DNA of 64,000 nucleotides from Klebsiella phage HMGUkp2, in the sequence record PV683292.1; one strand, 5' to 3'. A program made the translations under genes and the position numbers. The notes beneath the pieces were generated by a model. That model did no database searches and was not told the DNA's origin. It saw only the letters and a program-made list of their open reading frames with translations. This document shows positions 1 to 10,606 of this stretch, in pieces (within the stretch, counting starts at the first letter, position 1; each line of letters opens with the position of its first letter).

Positions 1-20
1 TGGTTCGAAGTTGATATCAC

Positions 21-320
21 ATGAAGATCTGCCGTGTAGTGAATAAATACCACTCCGACTTCGATGTAAACATTCATCGAGGTACTATGTGGGGGAACGA
101 GGTAGGTAAGAATGCTGGCAGTCGTGAGGCTGCCATTCTTGCATTTAAGAAAGAGTTTTATAATAAACTCAGAACCGGAGTAATCAAAAAGGAACATCTT
201 GAGACTTTACGTGGAATGCGTCTAGGATGCACATGTAAACCTAAGCCATGTCATGGTGATATAATTGCTCAGGTGGTTAACAAATTATTCAAAGATGAAT
301 TCACTATAGAGGATCTATGA
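21..320 (+). CDS. small conserved hypothetical protein (Cys/His-containing, DUF4326-like) upstream of nrdA
   Basis: ORF with 4-nt overlap to nrdA start; position corresponds to nrdA-proximal small genes in T4-like phages. Confidence 0.4.
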   Translation: MKICRVVNKYHSDFDVNIHRGTMWGNEVGKNAGSREAAILAFKKEFYNKLRTGVIKKEHLETLRGMRLGCTCKPKPCHGDIIAQVVNKLFKDEFTIEDL

Positions 321-2572
321 ACGTAGTAAAATCCAGCGGCTGCAGCCAAGTTTTCACTCCAAATAAAATTATCCAAGTTCTTACTTGGGCTACAGCTAAT
401 ACCTCAGTAGACCCGTACGAATTGTACGAGCGAATTAAGCCTTATATTGTTGACAACATGAGTACTCGCGATATCCAAATCGCTTGTGTTAAAGTTGCTG
501 CTAACAGTATCTCTATTAATGAACCGGACTATCAATATGTTGCTTCTAATCTGGCTATGTTTGCGCTCCGCAAAGATGTATACGGTCAGTTCGAGCCTCC
601 CGCGTTCATTGATCATATCACTCGTGTTGTTAACGAAGGTCTATATGACACGGAAATCTTGTCTAAGTACTCAGCAGAAGAGATCGGTTATCTTGATACC
701 ATTATCGACCACAACCGAGATTTCGAACTGACTTATGCAGGGACTATGCAGCTTAAAGAGAAATATCTCGTTAAGAACCGTAGTACAGGTGTAATCTATG
801 AAACGCCGCAGTTTGCCTTTATGCTGATCGGTATGTGTCTGCACCAAGATGAACCTACTGATCGTTTGCTGCACGTTGTTCGTTTCTACCATGCAGTAAG
901 TAAACGCCAGATCTCTTTGCCAACTCCGATTATGGCTGGTGTTCGTACTCCGACACGGCAGTTTAGTTCTTGCGTGGTTATTGAAGCAGGCGATTCTTTA
1001 GATAGCATTAATGAAGCCGCTAACTCGATCATCAAGTATATTTCTAAACGTGCCGGTATTGGAATCAATGGTGGCATGATTCGTGCTGAAGGTTCTAAGA
1101 TCGGCGCAGGCGAAGTCAAGCATACTGGTGTTATTCCATTCTGGAAACACTTCCAGACTGCAGTGAAATCCTGTTCTCAGGGTGGCGTTCGTGGTGGCGC
1201 GGCTACTATGTACTATCCGATGTGGCACTTAGAAGTTGAAAACCTACTTGTTCTGAAGAACAATAAAGGTATCGATGAGAACCGCATTCGTCATATGGAC
1301 TACGGCCTTCAGATCGGTGACCTGATGATTGAACGCCTTCTGAATGATGATTACATTACTTTGTTCAGTCCAGATATTGCAAACGGTGAACTGTACACTT
1401 CTTATTTCGGCGACCCAGAAAAATTCAAACACCTGTACGAGTCATTAGAAAAGAACCCAGCGGTTCGTAAGAAACGCATCAAGGCTCTTGAACTGTGGGA
1501 ACTGTTCTTTACAGAACGTGCTGGTACAGCAAGGATCTATCCGTTCTTTAACGATAACGTTAATAAACACGGTCCGTTTATTCCTGAGATTGCTCCTGTT
1601 AAGCAGAGCAACCTTTGTTGTGAAATTGCATTGCCTACTAAGGACGTTGGTGGCGATGATCCGGAAGTAGCTCTCTGTACTCTGGCCGCATTTGTATTAG
1701 ATAACTTTGATTATCAAGACCAAGATGAAGTGAATACTCTAGCTGAAATCATGGTTCGTGCACTTGACAATCTTTTAGATTACCAGAGTTATCCTGTTCA
1801 TCAGGCTCTGAAAGCTAAAAAGCGCCGTGCATTAGGTATTGGTGTAACGAACTATGCCGGGTTCCTTGCTTCTAACTTTGCTACTTATGATGATGCTAAT
1901 GATTTAACTCATGAACTATTTGAACGGCTTCAATTCGGACTTATTACAGCATCAGTTAAACTGGCCAAAGAAAAAGGTCGCTGTGATTATTTCGAAGAAA
2001 CTCGCTGGTCCCGTGGTGAACTGCCGATTGACTGGTACAACAAACGCGTTGACACCGTTGTGGCGCCGAACTATGTTTGTGACTGGGCGTCGTTGCGGGA
2101 AGACTTGGTTAAGTACGGTATTCGTAACAGCACCCTTTCTGCATTAATGCCATGCGAATCATCTAGCCAGGTATCCAACTCTACTAACGGTATTGAGCCT
2201 CCGCGCGGCCCGGTAAGTGTTAAAGAATCTAAAGAAGGTTCATTTAACCAGGTCGTGCCGAATATCGAACACAACATCGATTTGTACGATTATCTGTGGC
2301 GCATGACCAAACGTGGTATGAGAGGTTACTTGACACAAGCGGCTATTATGCAGAAGTTTGTTTGTCAAAGTATTTCTACCAACTTTAGTTACGACCCGGC
2401 GGTGTTCCCTAAAGGCAAGGTTCCTATGTCTGTGATGATCCGTGATATGTTGTATTTTTGGTCTCTTGGCGGTAAGACTGCTTATTACCATAATACTCGT
2501 GATGGGTCCGGTACAGATGATTATGAAATTGAACAGCCTTCAGCAGAAGAATGTTCGTCCTGTAAGTTGTAG
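317..2572 (+). CDS. nrdA: aerobic ribonucleoside-diphosphate reductase large subunit
   Basis: 751 aa; N-terminus and overall size match T4/E. coli NrdA; followed by nrdB as in T4. Confidence 0.95.
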   Translation: MNVVKSSGCSQVFTPNKIIQVLTWATANTSVDPYELYERIKPYIVDNMSTRDIQIACVKVAANSISINEPDYQYVASNLAMFALRKDVYGQFEPPAFIDHITRVVNEGLYDTEILSKYSAEEIGYLDTIIDHNRDFELTYAGTMQLKEKYLVKNRSTGVIYETPQFAFMLIGMCLHQDEPTDRLLHVVRFYHAVSKRQISLPTPIMAGVRTPTRQFSSCVVIEAGDSLDSINEAANSIIKYISKRAGIGINGGMIRAEGSKIGAGEVKHTGVIPFWKHFQTAVKSCSQGGVRGGAATMYYPMWHLEVENLLVLKNNKGIDENRIRHMDYGLQIGDLMIERLLNDDYITLFSPDIANGELYTSYFGDPEKFKHLYESLEKNPAVRKKRIKALELWELFFTERAGTARIYPFFNDNVNKHGPFIPEIAPVKQSNLCCEIALPTKDVGGDDPEVALCTLAAFVLDNFDYQDQDEVNTLAEIMVRALDNLLDYQSYPVHQALKAKKRRALGIGVTNYAGFLASNFATYDDANDLTHELFERLQFGLITASVKLAKEKGRCDYFEETRWSRGELPIDWYNKRVDTVVAPNYVCDWASLREDLVKYGIRNSTLSALMPCESSSQVSNSTNGIEPPRGPVSVKESKEGSFNQVVPNIEHNIDLYDYLWRMTKRGMRGYLTQAAIMQKFVCQSISTNFSYDPAVFPKGKVPMSVMIRDMLYFWSLGGKTAYYHNTRDGSGTDDYEIEQPSAEECSSCKL

Positions 2573-2740
2573 TATAGTACTTGCACGAATTATCAAAAAT
2601 ATATGATAGCTTAGTGGAGGGGCTTTACGCCCCTCCCTTCATCGCCTGCTGAGTATCCACAGTGCTGGCACTGCGGTAAAAATTAACAAAGGTAATGCTC
2701 TTCGTTGGCATTATGATAAATGCAAATTCAAGGATTCTAA

Positions 2741-3883
2741 ATGACAACAGTTTTTAACACCAAGCAAGTAGATATCATGACCGAACCGATGTTCCTTGGT
2801 TCAGGACTAGGTATTGCACGATATGATCAGCAGCGACACAAAGTTTTTGAAGACCTTATTGAAAAGCAGTTATCATTTTTTTGGCGTCCAGAAGAAGTCA
2901 ACCTAATGATGGACCGAGGACAATTTGAAAAGCTGCCGGAACACCAACAGAACCTGTTTACAGATAACCTGAAGTATCAAAGTCTTCTCGATTCAATTCA
3001 AGGCCGGGCACCTTCAGCAGTATTTGCTCCGCTGATTTCTGATCCGAGCCTTGATACTTGGTTCCAGACCTGGACATTCAGTGAAACAATTCACTCTCGT
3101 TCTTATACGCATATTATGCGTAACTTATTCACTGATCCGGCTAAAGTCTTCGACGAAATTGTTCTCGACAAAGCCATCATGAAACGGGCTGAATCAATCG
3201 GTGTTTACTATGATGCTGTTACTGAAGCTCATCGTCGGTATCAGAATGCTCAAGAACGTTGCTTTAATCCAAATAATATTGAGATTAAACAAGCTAAACA
3301 TGATCTGATGAAGGCAATGTACCTTTGCATGCATGTAGTGAACGCTCTTGAAGCTATTCGCTTCTATGTTTCTTTTGCCTGTACATTTAATTTCCATAAG
3401 AACATGGAAATCATGGAAGGCAATGCTAAGATTATGAAGTTCATCGCCCGTGATGAACAGCTTCACCTGAAAGGAACCCAGTACCAGATTCGTCAATGGC
3501 AACTTGGTACTGATGGCGACGAATGGGTCCAAGTAGCAAAAGAATGTGAAGAAGAAGCTGTTCGTATCTTCATGGAAGTTAATCAGCAGGAAAAAGACTG
3601 GGCCATCCATCTTTTCCGTGCTGGAGGTCTTCCAGGGCTTAATGTTGAGATTTTACACAAGTTTATTGATTATCTTACTGTTTCTCGTATGAAGGCTGTC
3701 GGGCTGCCATGCTCTATCGTTCTTGAAAGTACTCACCATCCTATTCCATGGATTCGAGAATACTTAAATAGTGATACAGTACAATCCGCCCCACAAGAAG
3801 TAGAAATCTCTTCTTATCTTGTAGCCCAAATCGATAACGATGTGGATTCTGAAGTACTGGCCAGAATTCGCAAATCTTTATAA
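2741..3883 (+). CDS. nrdB: ribonucleotide reductase small subunit (uninterrupted, no intron)
   Basis: 380 aa continuous ORF; di-iron RNR R2-type protein, T4 synteny nrdA-nrdB-denA. Confidence 0.95.
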   Translation: MTTVFNTKQVDIMTEPMFLGSGLGIARYDQQRHKVFEDLIEKQLSFFWRPEEVNLMMDRGQFEKLPEHQQNLFTDNLKYQSLLDSIQGRAPSAVFAPLISDPSLDTWFQTWTFSETIHSRSYTHIMRNLFTDPAKVFDEIVLDKAIMKRAESIGVYYDAVTEAHRRYQNAQERCFNPNNIEIKQAKHDLMKAMYLCMHVVNALEAIRFYVSFACTFNFHKNMEIMEGNAKIMKFIARDEQLHLKGTQYQIRQWQLGTDGDEWVQVAKECEEEAVRIFMEVNQQEKDWAIHLFRAGGLPGLNVEILHKFIDYLTVSRMKAVGLPCSIVLESTHHPIPWIREYLNSDTVQSAPQEVEISSYLVAQIDNDVDSEVLARIRKSL

Positions 3884-3888
3884 GGATA

Positions 3889-3908
3889 GGGGCTTCGGCC
3901 CCTTTGTT
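3889..3908 (+). terminator. intrinsic terminator GGGGCUUCGGCCCC + UUUGUU after nrdB
   Basis: perfect 5-bp GC stem with UUCG tetraloop and U-rich tail. Confidence 0.7.
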
Positions 3909-3910
3909 AT

Positions 3911-4327
3911 ATGAAAGAAATCGCAGATGAATTTAGCTTCATTAAGTATGTTAGTCTAGAACTGGATGAATCAGACTGTACTATAAAGCAGCTGGAGGTA
4001 CCAAACAAATTTAATGTAGTATACGCCATAGCAGTCGATGATGAACTAGTCTACATAGGTAAAACTAAGAATCTTCGCAAACGTATCAATTACTACCGGA
4101 CATCGATTAACAGACGAGACACTAACTCAGATTCTGTCAAATCTGCTAAAATTTTTGACGCGTTAATATCCGGTAAAAAGGTTGAATTCTATGCACGTCA
4201 GTGTTTCAACCTACTCATTAACAATGAACTTGGTGAGATGTCGATTTCGACTATGGATCTTGAGGAACCTATGTTCATCAAAAAGTTCAATCCACCTTGG
4301 AACACCCAACACAGGATAAAGAAATGA
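3911..4327 (+). CDS. denA: endonuclease II (GIY-YIG-like nicking endonuclease)
   Basis: 138 aa (T4 DenA 136 aa); VYIGKT...R..YY motif; position between nrdB and rnlA as in T4. Confidence 0.8.
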   Translation: MKEIADEFSFIKYVSLELDESDCTIKQLEVPNKFNVVYAIAVDDELVYIGKTKNLRKRINYYRTSINRRDTNSDSVKSAKIFDALISGKKVEFYARQCFNLLINNELGEMSISTMDLEEPMFIKKFNPPWNTQHRIKK

Positions 4328-5481
4328 TCGAATTATACGATAATCTCATGGCGGTCTGCAATAAGACTGAAGCCTCTAAGTTCTTTTATAAAGATGTTAC
4401 AGGACGCTACGGGACTAAGTTCCGTATCTTCAGCTATCACTATGCTTCGTACAGCGATTGGCTCTTAGACGGCGCCCTGGAAGCCCGAGGCATTATGTTT
4501 GAGATGGACGACAACGGTCCTGTTCGCATTGCCTCTCGCCCTATGGAAAAGTTCTTTAATCTGAACGAAAATCCATTGACGATGAACTTAGATCTTTCTA
4601 AAATCCAATACGTTATGGATAAGGCCGACGGTTCTTTGATTTCGACTTATTGCGAAGGCGATAAAGTTCTTGTGAAATCTAAAACTTCTACTACTTCAGA
4701 GCAGGCTTTTGCTGCCGAACGTCTTCTGTACCAAGATAAGTACCTTCCTTTGTATCTTAAGATGGAAGAACTGGTGCCTAAAGGCTATACGTTTAACTTA
4801 GAATACGCGGCCCCAAACAACAGGGTTGTTTTATATTATGAAGAGCCAACTATCTTCCTGCTGAACGTGCGACATAATGATACCGGCGAGTATGTTCCTT
4901 ATGCTGACCTTTATGCCGATGCTGTTCTACGTCAATATCTGATTCCTTCTCATGTAATTGATGACGGTGAAGCCTGGGTCAAAGAAACCCGCAAAGCAGA
5001 AGGTATCGAAGGCTATATTGCTGTTCTTGAAAGCGGCCAACGGTTCAAGCTTAAAACTGATTGGTACTGCCTGCTTCATCATACTAAAGACTCGATTACT
5101 TCTAATGAACGTCTGTATGAAGCAATCGTAGGTGGTGCTGCTGATGATCTTCGTGCTATGTTTGATGGTGATACTTATGCTGTCTCTAAAATTGCGGCAT
5201 TTGAAAGCGAGTATATTCAGTATTTGTCTAGTGCACTGCTAGAAGTCCAAGGTTACTACGACGTCATGCGCGGGCGAGAGCGTAAAGACTATGCCATCAA
5301 AGGCCAGGAAACAGCTACAAAAAATGGTAAGCCTGAACTGTTCAGCCTTATGATGCAGATGTACTCAGGTACTATGAGCTCTGAAGCTATTGTTAAAGGT
5401 ATTGAAAAGGCCTTCTTGAAGGTCTGGCCAAAATACGTGCCTGCCCTTTATAGTAAAGAAATCAAAATGGTTGAAGAGTAG
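4324..5481 (+). CDS. rnlA: RNA ligase 1 / tail fiber attachment catalyst (gp63)
   Basis: Strong similarity to T4 Rnl1 (MIELYDNLM...YRIFSYNYASYSDWLL...RGIMFEMD...RIASRPMEKFFNLNENP). Start set at the ATG in the ATGA overlap with the denA stop (T4 N-terminus MQELFNNLM); ORF-track start 4297 probably too far upstream. Confidence 0.9.
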   Translation: MIELYDNLMAVCNKTEASKFFYKDVTGRYGTKFRIFSYHYASYSDWLLDGALEARGIMFEMDDNGPVRIASRPMEKFFNLNENPLTMNLDLSKIQYVMDKADGSLISTYCEGDKVLVKSKTSTTSEQAFAAERLLYQDKYLPLYLKMEELVPKGYTFNLEYAAPNNRVVLYYEEPTIFLLNVRHNDTGEYVPYADLYADAVLRQYLIPSHVIDDGEAWVKETRKAEGIEGYIAVLESGQRFKLKTDWYCLLHHTKDSITSNERLYEAIVGGAADDLRAMFDGDTYAVSKIAAFESEYIQYLSSALLEVQGYYDVMRGRERKDYAIKGQETATKNGKPELFSLMMQMYSGTMSSEAIVKGIEKAFLKVWPKYVPALYSKEIKMVEE

Positions 5482-5531
5482 TTTACAACCTCGTTTGTTC
5501 GTGTTATGATACCCATATACCAACAAACGAG
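5482..5531 (+). promoter_or_regulatory. T4-type early promoter (GTTTAC-N18-TATGAT) embedded in stem-loop (PeSL-like); 11-bp perfect stem CCTCGTTTGTT/AACAAACGAGG whose 3' arm contains the SD
   Basis: seen in sequence; upstream of alc-like gene. Confidence 0.65.
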
Positions 5532-5539
5532 GAACCAAA

Positions 5540-6049
5540 ATGAACCTACAAACCATTTCTAATGATGATGTTGTTGCCCACTTCGAAGGTACTTCTCATG
5601 ACGGGATCTATGTCTATAAAGGCCAAAAGAAACTTGGATTCATTACGGACCTGCGCGTTACCATGGGTCGAAAACTGGCTACGAAGTTTAAGCAAAAACA
5701 GTATTCAACTAAGCAAGCCGAAGAACGCCGAGAAGCAATGCCGGCCGCAGTAGAAGAAATGCATTCATTTCTTGAAAATCAGTTGACTAAGTACGGAGCT
5801 GAAGTGAAAATCAATATCACCCAGCCTAATGTTCACCTGAATGGTCATAAATGCTATATTATTTGTGATCCTCTTTCTGACAAGTTCAATCGCTTAGGTA
5901 TTAAGCATTTGTATAAAACCAGCGAGGATATGGCCCTTGAACTCGACGGCTATAAAATCCAGGTAGACAAAGCTCCTAAGCATATTCTCGTCAACAACTT
6001 GTCTCGTGATGAGATTGTTGAGGTAATCAAAAAGTTATGTCTAAACTAA
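5540..6049 (+). CDS. alc: Alc-like protein (inhibitor of host transcription on C-containing DNA), by size and synteny
   Basis: 169 aa vs T4 Alc 167 aa; located between rnlA and the spanin genes exactly as T4 alc; preceded by early promoter. Confidence 0.5.
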   Translation: MNLQTISNDDVVAHFEGTSHDGIYVYKGQKKLGFITDLRVTMGRKLATKFKQKQYSTKQAEERREAMPAAVEEMHSFLENQLTKYGAEVKINITQPNVHLNGHKCYIICDPLSDKFNRLGIKHLYKTSEDMALELDGYKIQVDKAPKHILVNNLSRDEIVEVIKKLCLN

Positions 6050-6387
6050 AAATTTACATTATAGTCGGTCTACTAATTGCAGGTCTATTCGGTACTACAA
6101 AGTACCTGAGTTATCGAGTAGATACGCTAAAAGAACAAGTAGCCCAGATTGAAGGTGTAGCAAAAGCTCAGCAGCTGCAGATTGATCTTATTGCTACACA
6201 GCTGCAAGGTATCCAAGCTCTTACAGAAAAGAACAAGGCTGCTATCGATGCTCGTAATGCAAAAGATAAAACCTTGACCGCTAATAAAAAGCGTGAAGCT
6301 GAATTAGTAGACCCTAAAGCAGTAAAAGAAATAATAAACGATCCATTTAATGAGTTCGCTAGAGAGCTCCAGGAAGCGACCAGATGA
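6037..6387 (+). CDS. i-spanin (inner-membrane spanin subunit, PseT.3-like)
   Basis: N-terminal TM helix (KIYIIVGLLIAGLFG) followed by coiled-coil-like periplasmic region; overlaps downstream lipoprotein gene; T4 spanins are PseT.3/PseT.2 at this locus. Confidence 0.6.
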   Translation: MSKLKIYIIVGLLIAGLFGTTKYLSYRVDTLKEQVAQIEGVAKAQQLQIDLIATQLQGIQALTEKNKAAIDARNAKDKTLTANKKREAELVDPKAVKEIINDPFNEFARELQEATR

Positions 6388-6677
6388 AAAGAATGATATC
6401 GGCTGTATGTTTATCTCTTGCTCTGGTAGGATGCTCTCAGGCGATTCCTGAAGTGAAACCTGCGCCGAGAGTTGATGCTACCTGGCCGGATCCGATTAAA
6501 GAATACCAAGCCGAATGGCAGGTACATGAGATTGATGGACAGAAATGGGTCGGCATGCCGTTTACCGAGTTCCAGGATTTTCGTATCTGGACTAACGACA
6601 TCCTTCGGTATGTACAACAATCTAATAACGTGATATGTTATTATCGCGCTCCGTTAAAAGAGCCGAAATGTCAGTGA
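6384..6677 (+). CDS. o-spanin (outer-membrane lipoprotein spanin subunit, PseT.2-like)
   Basis: Signal peptide with lipobox LALVGC; 97 aa; start overlaps i-spanin stop (ATGA). Confidence 0.65.
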   Translation: MKRMISAVCLSLALVGCSQAIPEVKPAPRVDATWPDPIKEYQAEWQVHEIDGQKWVGMPFTEFQDFRIWTNDILRYVQQSNNVICYYRAPLKEPKCQ

Positions 6678-6720
6678 GGCTTCGGCCTCACTCGGATGAT
6701 AAAATTTTGAGGAACTTGTT

Positions 6721-7206
6721 ATGACTCTTCGTTCTAACTCTTTCGTTGCAGAACCATCCTATCTGTCTAACGTAAAAGTCACTTCTCTTCGCAAAATCAT
6801 GATGATTGGTTCTTGCGCTCTTACACCCCTTGAAAAGAAAGCAACCTTCAGTTACGAATGGAAAAATATCGACGGCATTGATTGTGTCACTAAAGTGATG
6901 TATTATGCCCCAGGTCAAGATTACGTGTCTCGTGTATATGATCTGAATCCGCAGACATACATTCGCTTATCCAAGTGGTATGCTATGATGCATCCGGTGT
7001 TTGACTACCCTCAGTTCTATGAAGATGCCGTAGAACGTAAACGTGTCCAAGATGTAGTTAAATGCTTTGAAGAAGCCGCTATTCAGCACGGTCAGCGTAA
7101 AGCAGCAGTGGCGAATGGCTTTATTTCTGATGTAGAATCTTATCTTCGCGGATCCGGTAAAATTTTGAAAGAAGCCCGCGAAGCTCTGTATGAGGAACTC
7201 TTTTAA
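6721..7206 (+). CDS. hypothetical protein (pseT.1-region)
   Basis: 161-aa ORF with good RBS context, T4-like early region. Confidence 0.5.
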   Translation: MTLRSNSFVAEPSYLSNVKVTSLRKIMMIGSCALTPLEKKATFSYEWKNIDGIDCVTKVMYYAPGQDYVSRVYDLNPQTYIRLSKWYAMMHPVFDYPQFYEDAVERKRVQDVVKCFEEAAIQHGQRKAAVANGFISDVESYLRGSGKILKEAREALYEELF

Positions 7207-7411
7207 TGACTAAAGAACAACTTGAAGAACTACGCGGCCTTATTTCCGAAGTTGAAATGAAATGCCTTATTTATGGACGAGCTTGCGAGCGCCATGATTT
7301 GAACGATGAATACTCTCGGTTCCCAGCTTTAAAGAAATATCGAACCGATAAACACCAAGCTTGGACCGAAGCATCTAATAAGTTGCATGTCTTTTTAAAC
7401 GGGTTAGTAAA

Positions 7412-7415
<4 letters not shown>
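7206..7415 (+). CDS. hypothetical small protein
   Basis: 69-aa ORF, start overlaps previous stop. Confidence 0.4.
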
Positions 7416-8779
<1,364 letters not shown>

Positions 8780-8780
<1 letters not shown>

Positions 8781-8818
8781 TTTACAACGGCTGGAAGGCA
8801 TGATATGATGTACTTCCA
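8780..8818 (+). promoter_or_regulatory. T4-type early promoter GTTTAC-N18-TATGAT with -10 in loop of 7-bp stem CTGGAAG/CTTCCAG (PeSL-like)
   Basis: seen in sequence. Confidence 0.6.
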
Positions 8819-8844
8819 GTCTACTTGTACTTGAGGAAAATGAT

Positions 8845-9060
8845 ATGTACAATAAGCATCATGAAGTTGAAGAAGAAGCTTACAAAATGCTTCGGAAATG
8901 TGTTGGAATGAGCATAACCCCAGCTTTGATTAATGAACTGGCGCGTATTCGTACAGACCTGAATACTCGTTACAAAGATGAGTACCACGTTGAGTTTTTG
9001 CCTCTTTCTGATGTTAATACGCATTTCGTTGTTAATGTTAAAGTACACACCGTTCATTAA
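8845..9060 (+). CDS. hypothetical protein
   Basis: 71-aa ORF downstream of early promoter/stem-loop at 8780-8818. Confidence 0.45.
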   Translation: MYNKHHEVEEEAYKMLRKCVGMSITPALINELARIRTDLNTRYKDEYHVEFLPLSDVNTHFVVNVKVHTVH

Positions 9061-9069
9061 GGAAAAGCT

Positions 9070-9348
9070 ATGTTCCCTAAATATTCTGAAGTAGTTAAAG
9101 TTGTTGCCTTGCAGGTTGTTGGTAATTACTGTGCTGATACCCTTGACAACTCCTTGAAAGCTAAAATGCACGCGGATTTCACAAGTGCTATTAATACGCT
9201 TATTCCAAATCATGGTAAAGTATCTCTCGAAGTAAATAGCATTGGCCTTCAGGCAGTTGTCGAAATTGTCTTTGAAGGCGGTGGTGGATTCACTGTTGAA
9301 GTAACAGGCATTTTCGGCACCCAAGAGGTTAATGTTTATGTACAGTGA
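9070..9348 (+). CDS. hypothetical protein
   Basis: 92-aa ORF with SD (aagga) upstream. Confidence 0.45.
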   Translation: MFPKYSEVVKVVALQVVGNYCADTLDNSLKAKMHADFTSAINTLIPNHGKVSLEVNSIGLQAVVEIVFEGGGGFTVEVTGIFGTQEVNVYVQ

Positions 9349-9568
9349 TAAGACCTTCACAGCTTCAGAGTTTGCCGAGCTAATTCCTAAGTTTGCTCAA
9401 TCTTTGATTAATAAGATATCTGAACGTAACCCAAGCGCAAAGCTAAATGTGACGCAGGAAACACCTGCGTCTTATCTATTTACCGTTAAAGGTTTCAAGT
9501 CAGAGTACTACTTGATTGAGTTATTGCCTAATAATCATATTCAATCTACCTCAGTATATGCTTTCTAA
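9332..9568 (+). CDS. hypothetical protein
   Basis: 78-aa ORF followed by GC hairpin 9566-9583. Confidence 0.45.
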   Translation: MFMYSDKTFTASEFAELIPKFAQSLINKISERNPSAKLNVTQETPASYLFTVKGFKSEYYLIELLPNNHIQSTSVYAF

Positions 9569-9611
9569 GGGCTTCGGCCCTTACTGGAGAATAATGTAAA
9601 TAAGGAACAAT

Positions 9612-10604
9612 ATGAGACCTTTAGTCGAAAGAATGATAAGCCCGGCTGAACTTGAGCGTCGTTGTAGGATTTCTCCAGAGCTGCAAAATCAAGTCAGTTT
9701 ACACCGCCAAGAAATCGATAAGATTATGACTGGGCACGATAAACGCCGTCTGGTTGTAGTAGGACCTTGTTCAATCCATGACGTAGTTGCTGCAGTTGAT
9801 TATGGTGAGCGCTTGGCTGAACTCCAAAAAGAACTTCCTAATCTTCTGCTTTGTATGCGTGTTTATTTTGAAAAACCTCGTACAACTGTCGGTTGGAAAG
9901 GTCTTATCAATGACCCATTCTTAGACGGCTCGTTTGAAATTAATGCTGGACTGGGTATTGCTCGCACCTTATGTCGCAAGCTTTTGCGAATGGGCCTACC
10001 GCTGGCAACAGAAGTTCTTGATCCGTTCACAATCAAATATCTGTCCGGTATTTTCTCTTGGGTCGCTATTGGCGCTCGCACTACCGAATCACAGACTCAT
10101 CGCGAAATCGCCTCAGGCCTGCCAATGACTGTCGGTTTTAAGAACGGGACAAATGGCTCTATTAAGGTTGCTACTGACGCTATGCAATCTGCGGCGTTCC
10201 CACACCACTATATGGGAATGGACCAAAACGGTGTGGTAGGCATTGTCTCAGCGCCAGGTAACAAGAGTACTCATATTGTTCTGCGTGGCGGTTCAGAAGG
10301 AACTAACTACGATAAAGAATCGGTTTTTGATGCTATCTCTCAGGCCCAGAAGGCCGGGGTTAACCAATACTTGATGGTTGATTGCTCTCATGCTAACGCC
10401 CAAGGTTCTTTCTTGAACCAGGTTGCAGTTTGTGCTGAAGCAGCAGAACTAGCGAACGTTCGAGGAATTATGTTAGAATCTAACCTTAAACAAGGTAATC
10501 AAAAGATTTCTACAGACCTTGAATATGGTGTATCAATTACTGATGCGTGTATTGGCTGGGAAACCACTGAAATGGTTCTCCGTAATCTGAATAACAAAGG
10601 TTAA
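9612..10604 (+). CDS. 3-deoxy-D-arabino-heptulosonate-7-phosphate (DAHP) synthase, class I (AroG/AroF/AroH type)
   Basis: 330 aa; diagnostic class-I DAHP synthase motifs RVYFEKPRTTVGWKGLINDP, IGARTTESQ.HRE.ASGL, GFKNGT.G, SITDACIGWE; alignable along full length with E. coli AroG. Confidence 0.9.
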   Translation: MRPLVERMISPAELERRCRISPELQNQVSLHRQEIDKIMTGHDKRRLVVVGPCSIHDVVAAVDYGERLAELQKELPNLLLCMRVYFEKPRTTVGWKGLINDPFLDGSFEINAGLGIARTLCRKLLRMGLPLATEVLDPFTIKYLSGIFSWVAIGARTTESQTHREIASGLPMTVGFKNGTNGSIKVATDAMQSAAFPHHYMGMDQNGVVGIVSAPGNKSTHIVLRGGSEGTNYDKESVFDAISQAQKAGVNQYLMVDCSHANAQGSFLNQVAVCAEAAELANVRGIMLESNLKQGNQKISTDLEYGVSITDACIGWETTEMVLRNLNNKG

Positions 10605-10606
10605 AA

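Noticed and set aside
3194-3610. 138-aa ORF on - strand
   Set aside because: Antisense inside nrdB; spurious.
8821-9360. 179-aa ORF on - strand spanning the cd.x small-ORF region
   Set aside because: Antisense to three + strand ORFs that each have SD sequences and sit in the early transcription unit. Its amino-acid composition (N/F/I-rich) is typical of AT-rich antisense frames.
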